From contig JAEOTB010000045.1 of NCBI GenBank assembly GCA_016840065.1, forward strand, positions 1 to 12,708: 12,708 bases of DNA, read 5' to 3'. Source of the stretch: Candidatus Hermodarchaeota archaeon. GTDB lineage: Archaea > Asgardarchaeota > Hermodarchaeia > Hermodarchaeales > Hermodarchaeaceae. Below, piece by piece: positions 1 to 8,453 of the stretch. Each line of letters begins with the position of its first letter. The stretch's first letter is position 1. The notes beneath the pieces were generated by a model, which saw only the letters and a program-made list of their open reading frames with translations, was not told where the DNA came from and did not search any database. Made by a program: the position numbers and the translations under genes.

Positions 1-2
1 TC

Positions 3-911
3 ATCACGAAACTTGGTGAAAAAGCACGGAAACCCTTTCTACAAGCGGCTGAACACTATTGTCAGAAAATAAAGGGCGAATCCTTCGAATATTGGGATGA
101 TTTCATCTTCCTCGCACATCGTACTCTCAAACCCTTGAATGCACATTTCAAGGAATTGGACCCACTTGCTCAAGTGATTAAGGTATTCAAGCATCTTGGG
201 TTTCCAGTGGAAAAGATACAGGTTGATTCAGAAAATCGACCTAACAAAGGCAGCCTTCCAAGCTGCTTTTGTATTCGTCTTCCAGGAGATACCCGTATTG
301 CCTATCGACACACGAGCAAGGTTGGCGACCTTGATGGTTTACTTCATGAATTTGGCCATGGTATTCATGGACTAAGCAGCAACCCTGACGATCCCTTTTG
401 GAAGCGGGAGCATGTTCCCATGAGCGTGCATGAAACATTCTCCTTTCTGTTCGAAGGGCTTCTTAAAGATGAGCTGTTCTTAACAAAGCAATTGAAACTA
501 GATACCGTGATAGCTCAAGATATTGTAGAGCGTTTGAGAGCAAATGGTCTTTATTTCAGGGTGTTTTTAGCAGCCAACAGTTTGATGAAACTCGCGTTTT
601 GGAAGGAGGGATTATCCTTTGAGCAGGCCTCTCAGCGGTGGCAAGCGCTTACCCGCCGCTTCTACATAGAAGTCCCCGGTGATTATTGGCTCCTATATCC
701 AATCAATGTTCAATTCACTCTCTACAATCCCAGCTACCTGCTTGCAGCCGTGCGATCAGATCAGCTTCGTAATCGCATAGTAGCAGAATTTGGGGACGCG
801 TGGTGGGAGGAGCCCCGTGCAGGAACCTACATCGCTGAACTTGCAGCGACGCGGGCAGAGTTTCCCATTAAACAATTCCCTCTCGACCCTGATACAGAAT
901 TGTATTGCTAG
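3..911 (+). CDS. M3/M32-like zinc metallopeptidase (gluzincin, oligoendopeptidase-like), 5'-truncated by the window edge
   Basis: The frame is open from position 3 (ITKLGEKARKPFLQAAEHYCQK...) into the 135..911 ORF. It carries an HExxH zinc motif (LLHEFGHGIH), a downstream Glu third-ligand candidate (VHETFSFLFE) and a C-terminal YxxSYLLA...FGDAWW segment typical of M3-like peptidases. Confidence 0.75.
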   Translation: MTKLGEKARKPFLQAAEHYCQKIKGESFEYWDDFIFLAHRTLKPLNAHFKELDPLAQVIKVFKHLGFPVEKIQVDSENRPNKGSLPSCFCIRLPGDTRIAYRHTSKVGDLDGLLHEFGHGIHGLSSNPDDPFWKREHVPMSVHETFSFLFEGLLKDELFLTKQLKLDTVIAQDIVERLRANGLYFRVFLAANSLMKLAFWKEGLSFEQASQRWQALTRRFYIEVPGDYWLLYPINVQFTLYNPSYLLAAVRSDQLRNRIVAEFGDAWWEEPRAGTYIAELAATRAEFPIKQFPLDPDTELYC

Positions 912-1030
912 CAGGCATTGGATTCCTTTTCCTTACCACAGGAATCATCCTTCTACGAAAACTCATTCATCTATACGAAGAACTCTGTTAGTACTATTAG
1001 AGCTATTTTGTGTGAAATGATGATTCAGTC

Positions 1031-1603
1031 TCATCCTTGGCTTCGGAGCTTCTCAAGAAACTTACTGCGGAGTTTTTCGAGTTTGGGCGGAATCACCCTT
1101 TGGCAATAGGCTTCGTCAGGGTTACGCAGGAAATAATCTTGGTGATAATCCTCTGCTCTGTAAAAGACCTTCAAAGACTCAACCGATGTGACGATGGGTG
1201 CATCAAAGGCTCTTGCTTGATCTAGTTCTTGGATTAACTTCTCAGCGATGTGTTTCTGCATGTTGTTATGATAGAAGATGACTGACCGGTATTGGCTTCC
1301 CTCATCCTCTCCTTGCCGATTTAGCATAGTAGGGTCATGCGTGCTGAAAAAAAATTCGAGGATTTCTCGGAAGGAAATCACCGTCGAGTGGAAAGTGACT
1401 TGGACAACCTCAGCGTGCCCTGTTGTACCCCGACACACCTGTTCATAGTTTGGGTTAGTGGTGTGTCCTCCCGTGTAACCAGACTCTACCTTGATAACGC
1501 CCTTAAGATGTTGAAATACAGCTTCAGTACACCAGAAACAACCACCACCTAAGGTTGCCACTTCTACCGGTGCGCTATCACTCGCTTGTTGCGCATCACT
1601 CAT
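1031..1603 (-). CDS. msrA: Peptide-methionine (S)-S-oxide reductase MsrA
   Basis: Shows the GGGCFWC active-site motif, GYTGG, YEQVCRGTTGHAEVV, HDPT..NRQG.D.GSQYRS, FYRAEDYHQDY and a C-terminal YC. The start is placed at the ATG at 1603 (MSDAQQ...) rather than 1645. Confidence 0.97.
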   Translation of the reverse strand: MSDAQQASDSAPVEVATLGGGCFWCTEAVFQHLKGVIKVESGYTGGHTTNPNYEQVCRGTTGHAEVVQVTFHSTVISFREILEFFFSTHDPTMLNRQGEDEGSQYRSVIFYHNNMQKHIAEKLIQELDQARAFDAPIVTSVESLKVFYRAEDYHQDYFLRNPDEAYCQRVIPPKLEKLRSKFLEKLRSQG

Positions 1604-1985
1604 ATTTTTCCACAACTGACATCCTAGCTCAAAGAGTAAATACAATTCTCTTTTACCAACATCACCTGAAGGCGAATGTTCTCACAGACGCCATTGGAAG
1701 GCTACAAGGAATAGTAATCCTTAATAATTGCCCAACACTAATACCCCTTGGGTGTCTTGACGAGAACTATCCTCTTTGAGCATGGTTCATACCAAGTTCG
1801 CTTGGAGACTCACAGACACCCGCCTTTTCTACTAGCCGAACCTAAACCCCCTTTCTAAGGTATGATTAATTACGTTTAGGGGGGCTGAAACGATATTTAA
1901 ACTCGGTTTTAAACGCCTCTACACGCCTTAAATCGATTTTAAATCATAATTTAGCCTAAAATTTAGATTTGCAGACACCAGAACC

Positions 1986-1992
1986 TTTATAT
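1986..1992 (+). promoter_or_regulatory. Putative archaeal BRE/TATA box for the C45 peptidase gene
   Basis: CCAGAACC-TTTATAT lies about 67 nt upstream of the ATG at 2059. Confidence 0.4.
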
Positions 1993-2058
1993 CCTGATTA
2001 GGCGTCTTGGGAAGCCCTATCTAGCACTAGAAGAAACAAACAGGAAAGTGTAACCACC

Positions 2059-3192
2059 ATGGGAAAACCAAAGTATGAACTGGTTGACGGGACATTTCAT
2101 AACCTAGTCGTAGAAGGGTCAGCCTACGAAGTGGGCAAACAGCTAGCCAAATACATCACGGAAAACAAAACAGCCATGGACTTCTTCAAAGGAGCTATGA
2201 AGTTCGCCAAACCTCCAAAGAAACTCGGGTTTCGTGATTTTGAGTCCCTACAAAGCTTCGTTGAGGAACACTGCCCAGGCATCACCGAAGAGCTCCAAGG
2301 GCTCACGGATGGGCTAGGAGTCTCACTTGAAAAGTACCCTTTCTGGGGGTTCAGCTGCAACCCCCTTAATCCTAAGGGCAACTGCTCCCAACTTGCCCTC
2401 CTCCCTTCAGTGACCACAGACGGTCACGTATACGTGGGGCGCTCATATGAATGGACCTACACCGAGGAAGAACTGGTCCTCCTCACAACTAGGGTGAAGG
2501 GGAAAGCAAGCCACATCGGATTCAGTTTGGCACTGACCTCAAGATATGATGGTGTTAACGAACACGGATTACTTGCTTCGATGACTGGTGGAGGAATATT
2601 CAATGTGCCGCTCCGTCATAAAGGCTTAGCATGTTGGGTTGCCATCCGCTCCGTCCTGGACTGGTGTTCCTCCGTCGAGGATGCTCTTGACCGTATTCAG
2701 TCGACACCCATGTCGGGGCACTTCAACATCGTCCTCGCGGACTCCGAAGGTCACGCAGCACTCGTCGAATTCGCTGACGGTGACATTGAAGTAAAGCAGA
2801 TAAACAGTGACACCCAAGAACCTTACCTCTTCTCGGTAAACCACTTCAAGCTACCAAAAATGGTGAAACACAACAAGTTGAACTGTGGCATCATCACCCA
2901 CTCAAAGATTCGCCAATCCCTAATCACGAAGATGATTCAAGAGAAAGGACCAAGGATTACTAAGGAGGATCTCCGCCATCTCTTCGCAACCAGCCACCCA
3001 GAAGGGCTGTGTAACTACTTCTATCGGGATGGGTTCGGGACACTATGGTCGATGCTCTTTGATGTTTCAGAGAGAACAGTCGATGTATGTTTTAGTGCCC
3101 CCACCCACAACAAGTACCACACCTTCAGACTCGACGGTCCAGTTGGTGTAACCGCGTACCCAGCAGTATTTCCTATCCTCCCTTGGTCATAA
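2059..3192 (+). CDS. C45 family autoproteolytic acyltransferase/hydrolase (Ntn-hydrolase, acyl-CoA:6-APA acyltransferase-like)
   Basis: An N-terminal G.AYEVG.QL...EELQGL.DG segment precedes a nucleophile Cys at about residue 109 (KGNCSQ). It is followed by GRSYEW, DGVNEHGL, FNIVLADSEG.AALVE, VNHF and GTLWSMLFD. Confidence 0.9.
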   Translation: MGKPKYELVDGTFHNLVVEGSAYEVGKQLAKYITENKTAMDFFKGAMKFAKPPKKLGFRDFESLQSFVEEHCPGITEELQGLTDGLGVSLEKYPFWGFSCNPLNPKGNCSQLALLPSVTTDGHVYVGRSYEWTYTEEELVLLTTRVKGKASHIGFSLALTSRYDGVNEHGLLASMTGGGIFNVPLRHKGLACWVAIRSVLDWCSSVEDALDRIQSTPMSGHFNIVLADSEGHAALVEFADGDIEVKQINSDTQEPYLFSVNHFKLPKMVKHNKLNCGIITHSKIRQSLITKMIQEKGPRITKEDLRHLFATSHPEGLCNYFYRDGFGTLWSMLFDVSERTVDVCFSAPTHNKYHTFRLDGPVGVTAYPAVFPILPWS

Positions 3193-3217
3193 TCCAACTC
3201 CAACAGGGATTTTGATA

Positions 3218-3244
3218 TTTCGGAAAATAATCCGAAAATTCGGA
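3218..3244. repeat. Alternating TTCGGA/TCCGAA inverted repeats between convergent genes (possible terminator or protein-binding site)
   Basis: TTTCGGA(3218-3224)-aaataa-TCCGAAA(3231-3237), plus TCCGAA(3231-3236)-aa-TTCGGA(3239-3244). Confidence 0.45.
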
Positions 3245-3275
3245 AAGTCCAGCTAGAAATTACAGTACAAGCTAG

Positions 3276-3611
3276 CTAAGCGGTACTCTGACAAGGCGGG
3301 TCGTATCCGAAATTCATCCAATGCTCGTGCTTTAACTTCTTTTCCCGCTCTTCCGCTTTTTCCATACTTTCTGTTTCCTCATAGCGGAACCATGTGGCCT
3401 TCCACTTCGCAAAACAATACTCCGGGTTGCTTTGCTTTTGTTCAAAGTGTTCCTTCAATTTCTCTGAAAGAATTCCGTGCCCGTAGTAGATGGGGTTCTT
3501 GGAGTATTCCCCAATCTCATAGACTCCTGGGCTTGAAGGAAGCGCTTTAATCGTAGCCTCGTCAAAACGTAACCACTCTTCTTTAATTGGCAAACTATAA
3601 TTCAGCTCCAC
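3276..3611 (-). CDS. Small stand-alone GIY-YIG-like (UvrC N-terminal-like) domain protein
   Basis: LPSSPGVYEI...IYYG resembles the GIY-YIG bipartite motif. It is followed by L..KL..H, F...E....AEERE..L and a terminal PPCQ. GTG start with GGTGGAG upstream. Confidence 0.65.
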   Translation of the reverse strand: MELNYSLPIKEEWLRFDEATIKALPSSPGVYEIGEYSKNPIYYGHGILSEKLKEHFEQKQSNPEYCFAKWKATWFRYEETESMEKAEEREKKLKHEHWMNFGYDPPCQSTA

Positions 3612-3725
3612 AGTTCAAGTGATTCTCTCCACCTACGCCGGATTAATGAATTTAAAAATAGCGGAAACACCTAGTTACCAGTTATCACGAATTTAGACTC
3701 TGAACAGAAAGAATGTGACCGTAAA

Positions 3726-4409
3726 ATGAGTACGATGGAGAAAACGACTGGTATTTGTCGGGTTCAGCGATCAAAGGCACAAGCTCAAGCCAACTATACT
3801 CGCATCAGCCCACTCTATGACCTATTCGGTGCCTTCGAAGAAAAATACCGAATCGAAGGGCTACAAGTTCTAAATGCTCGAGAGGGAGAACGCATACTTG
3901 AGGTTGGTTTTGGGACAGGTCATGCCATTCTAACCTTAGCAAAGGCTGTCGGAGAAAAAGGAGAGGTCTATGGTATTGACATCTCTGAAGGGATGTGCAG
4001 CACCACTTGGCACCGAATACGAAAGGCAGGGTTAACTAAACGAGTGAAGCTAAGGTGTGGTGATGCAGCCCAACTACCCTACAAAGGCAACAAATTCGAC
4101 GCCCTGTTCATGAGCTTCACCTTGGATTTAATCGACACTCCAGAAATCCCCATGGTCTTAGGTGAATGCCTGCGAGTGCTCCGCAAAGGTGGACGAATCT
4201 GTGTTGTAGCCATGTCCAAACGAGGAAAATCAGGCTTCATGACACGGCTCTATGAAATCTTACATGAGATGATGCCAACCTTCATCGATTGTCGACCAAT
4301 CTACGCTGCCCAGTCACTCAAGGACGCAGGCTTCCTAGTAACAGAGCACAGAGACATCTCTATCTGGGGGCTCGGAGGAGAAATAGTACTAGCACAAAAA
4401 CCGAAATGA
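3726..4409 (+). CDS. Class I SAM-dependent methyltransferase (UbiE/MenG-like)
   Basis: Contains motif I ILEVGFGTG, VYGIDISEGM, GDAAQLPY...FDA and RVLRKGGRI, with an N-terminal Y..I...YD. Confidence 0.9.
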   Translation: MSTMEKTTGICRVQRSKAQAQANYTRISPLYDLFGAFEEKYRIEGLQVLNAREGERILEVGFGTGHAILTLAKAVGEKGEVYGIDISEGMCSTTWHRIRKAGLTKRVKLRCGDAAQLPYKGNKFDALFMSFTLDLIDTPEIPMVLGECLRVLRKGGRICVVAMSKRGKSGFMTRLYEILHEMMPTFIDCRPIYAAQSLKDAGFLVTEHRDISIWGLGGEIVLAQKPK

Positions 4410-4444
4410 CATCCTGACATTCACCAGGTTCCCTGTTGGATTGG

Positions 4445-5674
4445 TTAGCGTTTCCTGTACTTCACCCAAACTGCAAAGATAACAAGAACAACTGTAACAC
4501 AGATAGCGGCACCAACAATCAAGGGAAGAATCGATGGATCAGAGATGATGGTGTCAAGGGGAGCAGTGCCAGGAACACAAGAGACGTTTAGGCTTGCTTC
4601 AGTACCAATCAAGTCTGTGTAGACGTGGTTGACGATAGCATTACCAGTAACCAGACCAGCAACAGAGACATTGAGACTCACACTTGTTGATGTAATAGTT
4701 AGCGGGTTCCGAAGAGTCCACGTTACATTTGCCACCCCCTCAGTGAAGTTAAAGGGTAAACAGGGAGCGCGGTCTGTAAAGACAAACCCTGGAGGGAGCT
4801 GGAGAGAAGCATTGGCATCACTTACTGGGAACTCATCTAGTGTGAAGGGCTCAGGACAAGGAGCGGTCACAACCGCACACACTGTTGTAGAACCCCCTGC
4901 AACAAGGGGTGTCGGCTCAACACTCACCGTGAGGTTCCAGGGTTGAATAATCATACCCCAATAACCTGAAAGGGTCCAAAGGTCAGAAAGGAACAGGTCT
5001 TGATTGATGGGAAGGTCAGGACCCTGATAGGGAGGAGTATACCAAGGATCATGAATCGAGAAAGTGTTTGTCGTGTCATTGTATCCCGTGATGACCCTGT
5101 AGTGGCCTGCTGTGTGGCTGCTCGAGTACCAAGTCGCCACAAGGATAGGAATATCTTGACTGAGGAGGGTCTTCACAGAGTCACCTATCTCGCTGAGTGA
5201 GCCAGTCCATTGATGAGTGTAGGTTGCATATGCAAAGGGGCGCTCCGCATAGCCCTGCAACAACTCTGAGGTAACATCAATACTCAAATTGCTGAAGTGA
5301 GCTGCCCGGACCAAGTCAAGATGATTAGTGCCCCACTCCTGTGAACCCGCAACACGGGCAATATCAATCTGGCGAATCATTGGACCGTAGTAATCAAAGA
5401 GCATTTGAAGAGAAGCTGGTCCACACCAGAAGGAGGTCTGCTGCTCATAATAAGGCACATCAATATGATGGGAGGAGGGGAGAGATTGCCTCTGATAGCC
5501 TTGCTCAGTAGCTCTTTCTGGGTGATTCCCTGAACCCAAGAGTACAGCGCTGTCCTCAAAGACAATCACCTGACTACAAGAGCCGACAATGGCGGTGCTG
5601 CTTACAAAAAGAACGAATACCATCACAACGCAATACTGCGAGCCAAGTCCACACCTAACACCCAGAATCATCAA
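4445..5674 (-). CDS. Secreted, C-terminally membrane-anchored C39-like cysteine peptidase (Peptidase_C39_2-like) with a beta-rich C-terminal domain
   Basis: Hydrophobic N-terminal signal, then VPYYEQQTSFWCGPASLQM (Gln/Cys), GHYRVITGY (His) and IHDPW (Asp). The C-terminus is a TM helix followed by a basic tail (KYRKR). The exact start is uncertain (5674 TTG or 5671 ATG). Confidence 0.85.
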   Translation of the reverse strand: MMILGVRCGLGSQYCVVMVFVLFVSSTAIVGSCSQVIVFEDSAVLLGSGNHPERATEQGYQRQSLPSSHHIDVPYYEQQTSFWCGPASLQMLFDYYGPMIRQIDIARVAGSQEWGTNHLDLVRAAHFSNLSIDVTSELLQGYAERPFAYATYTHQWTGSLSEIGDSVKTLLSQDIPILVATWYSSSHTAGHYRVITGYNDTTNTFSIHDPWYTPPYQGPDLPINQDLFLSDLWTLSGYWGMIIQPWNLTVSVEPTPLVAGGSTTVCAVVTAPCPEPFTLDEFPVSDANASLQLPPGFVFTDRAPCLPFNFTEGVANVTWTLRNPLTITSTSVSLNVSVAGLVTGNAIVNHVYTDLIGTEASLNVSCVPGTAPLDTIISDPSILPLIVGAAICVTVVLVIFAVWVKYRKR

Positions 5675-5879
5675 ACACCACAGCTCACGGGTCGAGACTG
5701 AAGAAAAAACCTTACCATACAGGCACAGAAACCAACCAAATCACGATAAACCCGAATCAGAAACCAAAATGATACACTTTTTTGGTTACAAGGCTCAGGA
5801 TTCTCGAGCGTTTTGCCCTTCTATTACATCAGTAAGTACTCTAGCAAAACCAAAGTGCGTTGACACCAGACAGGCTAGG

Positions 5880-6638
5880 TTAGCTGAAACGAGTTAGTGC
5901 TGCCTCTGCAGCTCCACGGACCTTGGCGTCACGGTCTTTTGTCGCGGCGGCCAGAGCTTCTATGGCACTGGTGTCTCCAATTTCTCCGAGTGCCACGGCA
6001 GCGACCCAGCGCACTGCAGCTTCCTTATCCTCTAAAGCCTTAATCAGAGGTACAACAGCCTTTATGGATCTTAGCTTGCCGAGGGCGATTATGGAGTTCC
6101 TGCGGACCTCCATTTCTGGATCAAATAGCAAGGTGAGTAAGGTGTCTATTGCCAGGGGATCCCGTAAGCGTCCAAGGTTCTGGGCGGATTTCATCCGGAC
6201 TCGCCAATCCTTGCTGGAAGCCCCGTAAATGCATAGCTCCACGGCGGTCTTTCCTGTAATCTTCACGAGGGCCTTGTCTGCTTGGTCTTGTACAAACGGG
6301 CTTTCATCTGCTTGTGCCTGGAGCAGGACTTCAACGGCCCTGTTGTCTCCGAGTTCTCCAAGGGTTTCTGCGGCTAGCTGTCGGACAAACCCTGATTTGT
6401 CTCCGATGACAACGAGACATAAAGGTTCGAGGGCTCTGATATCCTTGCTGGCTGCCAATATTTGCACAGCTCTCCTGCGAGCACTCAAGTCATCGCTTTC
6501 AAGGTCCTGAAAGAGCGATTCCAGTCTTTCCCTAGTCAAGGGCTGGCGACGTTCAGCTTCATCTTGTAGTGGCTGTCTTCGTTCCCTTTCTTCTTCTTTA
6601 TGTTTTTCAAGTTCTTCGCGCCGAAATTGGAAGGCCAT
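5880..6638 (-). CDS. HEAT/PBS-lyase repeat protein
   Basis: Repeated ~31-aa units (VRQLAAETLGELGD.RAVE.L; VRMKSAQNLGRLRD; VRRNSIIALGKL; VRWVAAVALGEIGD; VRGAAEAAL) follow a charged N-terminus. Confidence 0.92.
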   Translation of the reverse strand: MAFQFRREELEKHKEEERERRQPLQDEAERRQPLTRERLESLFQDLESDDLSARRRAVQILAASKDIRALEPLCLVVIGDKSGFVRQLAAETLGELGDNRAVEVLLQAQADESPFVQDQADKALVKITGKTAVELCIYGASSKDWRVRMKSAQNLGRLRDPLAIDTLLTLLFDPEMEVRRNSIIALGKLRSIKAVVPLIKALEDKEAAVRWVAAVALGEIGDTSAIEALAAATKDRDAKVRGAAEAALTRFS

Positions 6639-6821
6639 TATCTTTCATCTCGAACCGTTGTTTTTTATTTCGCCCTCAAGTTATCTTTTCTCGTTATCCT
6701 ATAATTATCTTTCTTTAAAGGGTGAAAAGTGTAATAACTGAGGGTCTTTCTGATCAAGAATACCTAACAAAGGAACGAATAAAGGGAAGAAGATTGGTTA
6801 TAGTTGGCAGGTAGGATTCAT

Positions 6822-7721
6822 TTGCCTTTTCCGATAACTCATCTAGCTTTGACGGTACTGACCTTTGATTTCCTTCGAGATGTCACGAAGAGTGTCAGAA
6901 TAAGGAACCGTTACTTAGCCTTGCTTGCCATTTGTGGTATAGTAGCAGATATCGATATTCTTCTGGTACCCTTTCTGGGATGGGATATCCACAAACTGTG
7001 GACACATAATCTACTGGCACTGGCAGCCTTTGCCTTGATAATGATTGTTTTGGCCAAGTTGGTGGGCAGAATCAGGGAGGGCTACATCCTGTTCGGTCTT
7101 GGCATCCTTGCTTATGCTGGGCATATTCTAACTGATTTCGTCATGCGTACGGTGCCCCTGTTCTTCCCCTTTGACTGGAACTACTACGGCTTTGCCCTTC
7201 TAGGCTCTCCGAAGGATTATCTCCAGTTCTCTACCTTCGACACGACCGTTATCGGTTTGTTCTTTCTCTACTACCTGTTCACAGGCTTCACGACCTTTCG
7301 TTACGCCTATAACTTCGCACCAGCTCGATTTTGGTATCGGAGCGGCTTCGAAGACGGAGTCTTCTCCCCAATCCGAGGACATTACGGCTTCATCCGAAAA
7401 AGAAAAGTGGCCTGGCGGATCAAGGTTCGCCTGATTCCTCCCACTGAGAGTGGCTCAAGGGCAGGCTTAGAACGGGCGATGGTGGAACTCTGGAATGCAG
7501 ATGACCCCGAGGAACTACTTTACGCATCAACGTTCTACGCGGGTATAGGAGAACTAGCACAGGACGCGGAACTCTTCATCCGTCTTGTCTCCATATCACC
7601 CGCAACCAAGTCAAGGAAACCCCTCATTACACTGGAACTGCTCCCAGCAAAATTCACAGGCCTCATGGAACTTACGCAGCGTCTGTCGGGGCGTAAGTAC
7701 TTCAAACTATATGCTGGCTAA
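6822..7721 (+). CDS. Membrane-bound metal-dependent hydrolase (YbcI/DUF457-like) with a soluble C-terminal extension
   Basis: Shows the family pattern H (PITH), DID, HKLWTHNL, HILTD and PLFFPF among hydrophobic helices. The likely start is TTG 6822 (MPFPITH); TTG 6804 is an alternative. Confidence 0.8.
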   Translation: MPFPITHLALTVLTFDFLRDVTKSVRIRNRYLALLAICGIVADIDILLVPFLGWDIHKLWTHNLLALAAFALIMIVLAKLVGRIREGYILFGLGILAYAGHILTDFVMRTVPLFFPFDWNYYGFALLGSPKDYLQFSTFDTTVIGLFFLYYLFTGFTTFRYAYNFAPARFWYRSGFEDGVFSPIRGHYGFIRKRKVAWRIKVRLIPPTESGSRAGLERAMVELWNADDPEELLYASTFYAGIGELAQDAELFIRLVSISPATKSRKPLITLELLPAKFTGLMELTQRLSGRKYFKLYAG

Positions 7722-7784
7722 AGAGTGAAACAGAAGCGGTTAGTTGAACCAGATACTAGAGATATGACTTCTCTTGCCTGAATC

Positions 7785-7798
7785 GAAATGCTTTATAA
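7785..7798 (+). promoter_or_regulatory. Putative archaeal BRE/TATA box upstream of the pseudogene
   Basis: GAAATGC-TTTATAA lies about 37 nt upstream of ATG 7835. Confidence 0.4.
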
Positions 7799-7834
7799 TC
7801 GAGATGATGTACTCCTTCTTTGGAGTGTCTGGTA

Positions 7835-8375
7835 ATGGTTTCTAGGGTAATCCCTGTACTCAAAGTTGGAGATCTCCTTTTTTCCCTTCAATTGGCTGTC
7901 TCCCCTCCCACCACACAACATCCCTCTATTTCTGAGTGGGACCTGAATGAAGGAGTTGTAACCAGCTATGATTACAAAACACCTGCACCCCGTGGCCAAG
8001 AGGTTTCTGCTCCCCATGTGCCAGAGATTGTGAGGGAACCGCTCCATAATCTCTCATACTGGGGTTATCTGCATTCGATAATAGAATGCAGTAGCGGTGG
8101 TTATGCTGCAACAGGTATGGGTGTCCAAAACTGGTATGACATACTACTAGCCCGTTTCGGCGAGCAAGGAAATGCGCTCTGGAATCGCACCTACGACATT
8201 GGAAGATGGGAATCCGGCAGGTATCTGGTTGAACTTCCAGATGGCGCTTCGTAATCCTCGGATCTAGCGACTTCCCTATGTAGCCGTTATCAGGTACTCT
8301 GGTGCGAATAGATGAAATGTGTAACCACCTCTTGAATCGAACAATCGGGTACAGAGACTCAGAAGATACTGGTGT
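7835..8375 (+). pseudogene. Decayed, truncated gene for a secreted beta-propeller-like repeat protein (DGG-aromatic...G..G...WNRT repeats)
   Basis: Repeat 1 reads IIECSSGGYAATG...DILLARFGEQGNALWNRTY. Repeat 2 starts LVELPDG, is broken by a 1-nt deletion at about 8246, and continues in another frame as FVILGSSDFPM*PLSGTLVRIDEMCNHLLNRTIG, with an in-frame TAG at 8281. Confidence 0.75.
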
Positions 8376-8453
8376 CTTCCTTTATTCAATAGCGAATCTC
8401 TATCATAATTATCTTATAGGATTGTGAGAAAGAGGTTAGAAGGAGTCATCAAC

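Noticed and set aside
200-225. TTCCAGTGGAAA resembles the core of an archaeal ORB origin element
   Set aside because: It is a single copy inside a coding sequence, has no G-string, and there is no orc1/cdc6 in the window.
1681-1820. Direct repeat CTCACAGACRCC at 1681 and 1809 as possible target-site duplication or CRISPR remnant
   Set aside because: There are only two short copies, with no transposase, no terminal inverted repeats and no regular array.
2059-2073. The C45 gene and the large-subunit gene (12468) both begin MGKPK with 14/15 identical nucleotides
   Set aside because: The match is short, the proteins are unrelated and there is no further similarity, so it is most likely coincidence or N-terminal composition bias.
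3276-4409. GIY-YIG-like gene next to a methyltransferase as a restriction-modification pair
   Set aside because: The methyltransferase is UbiE-like (small-molecule type) and lacks DNA MTase catalytic motifs such as DPPY/NPPY or PCQ.
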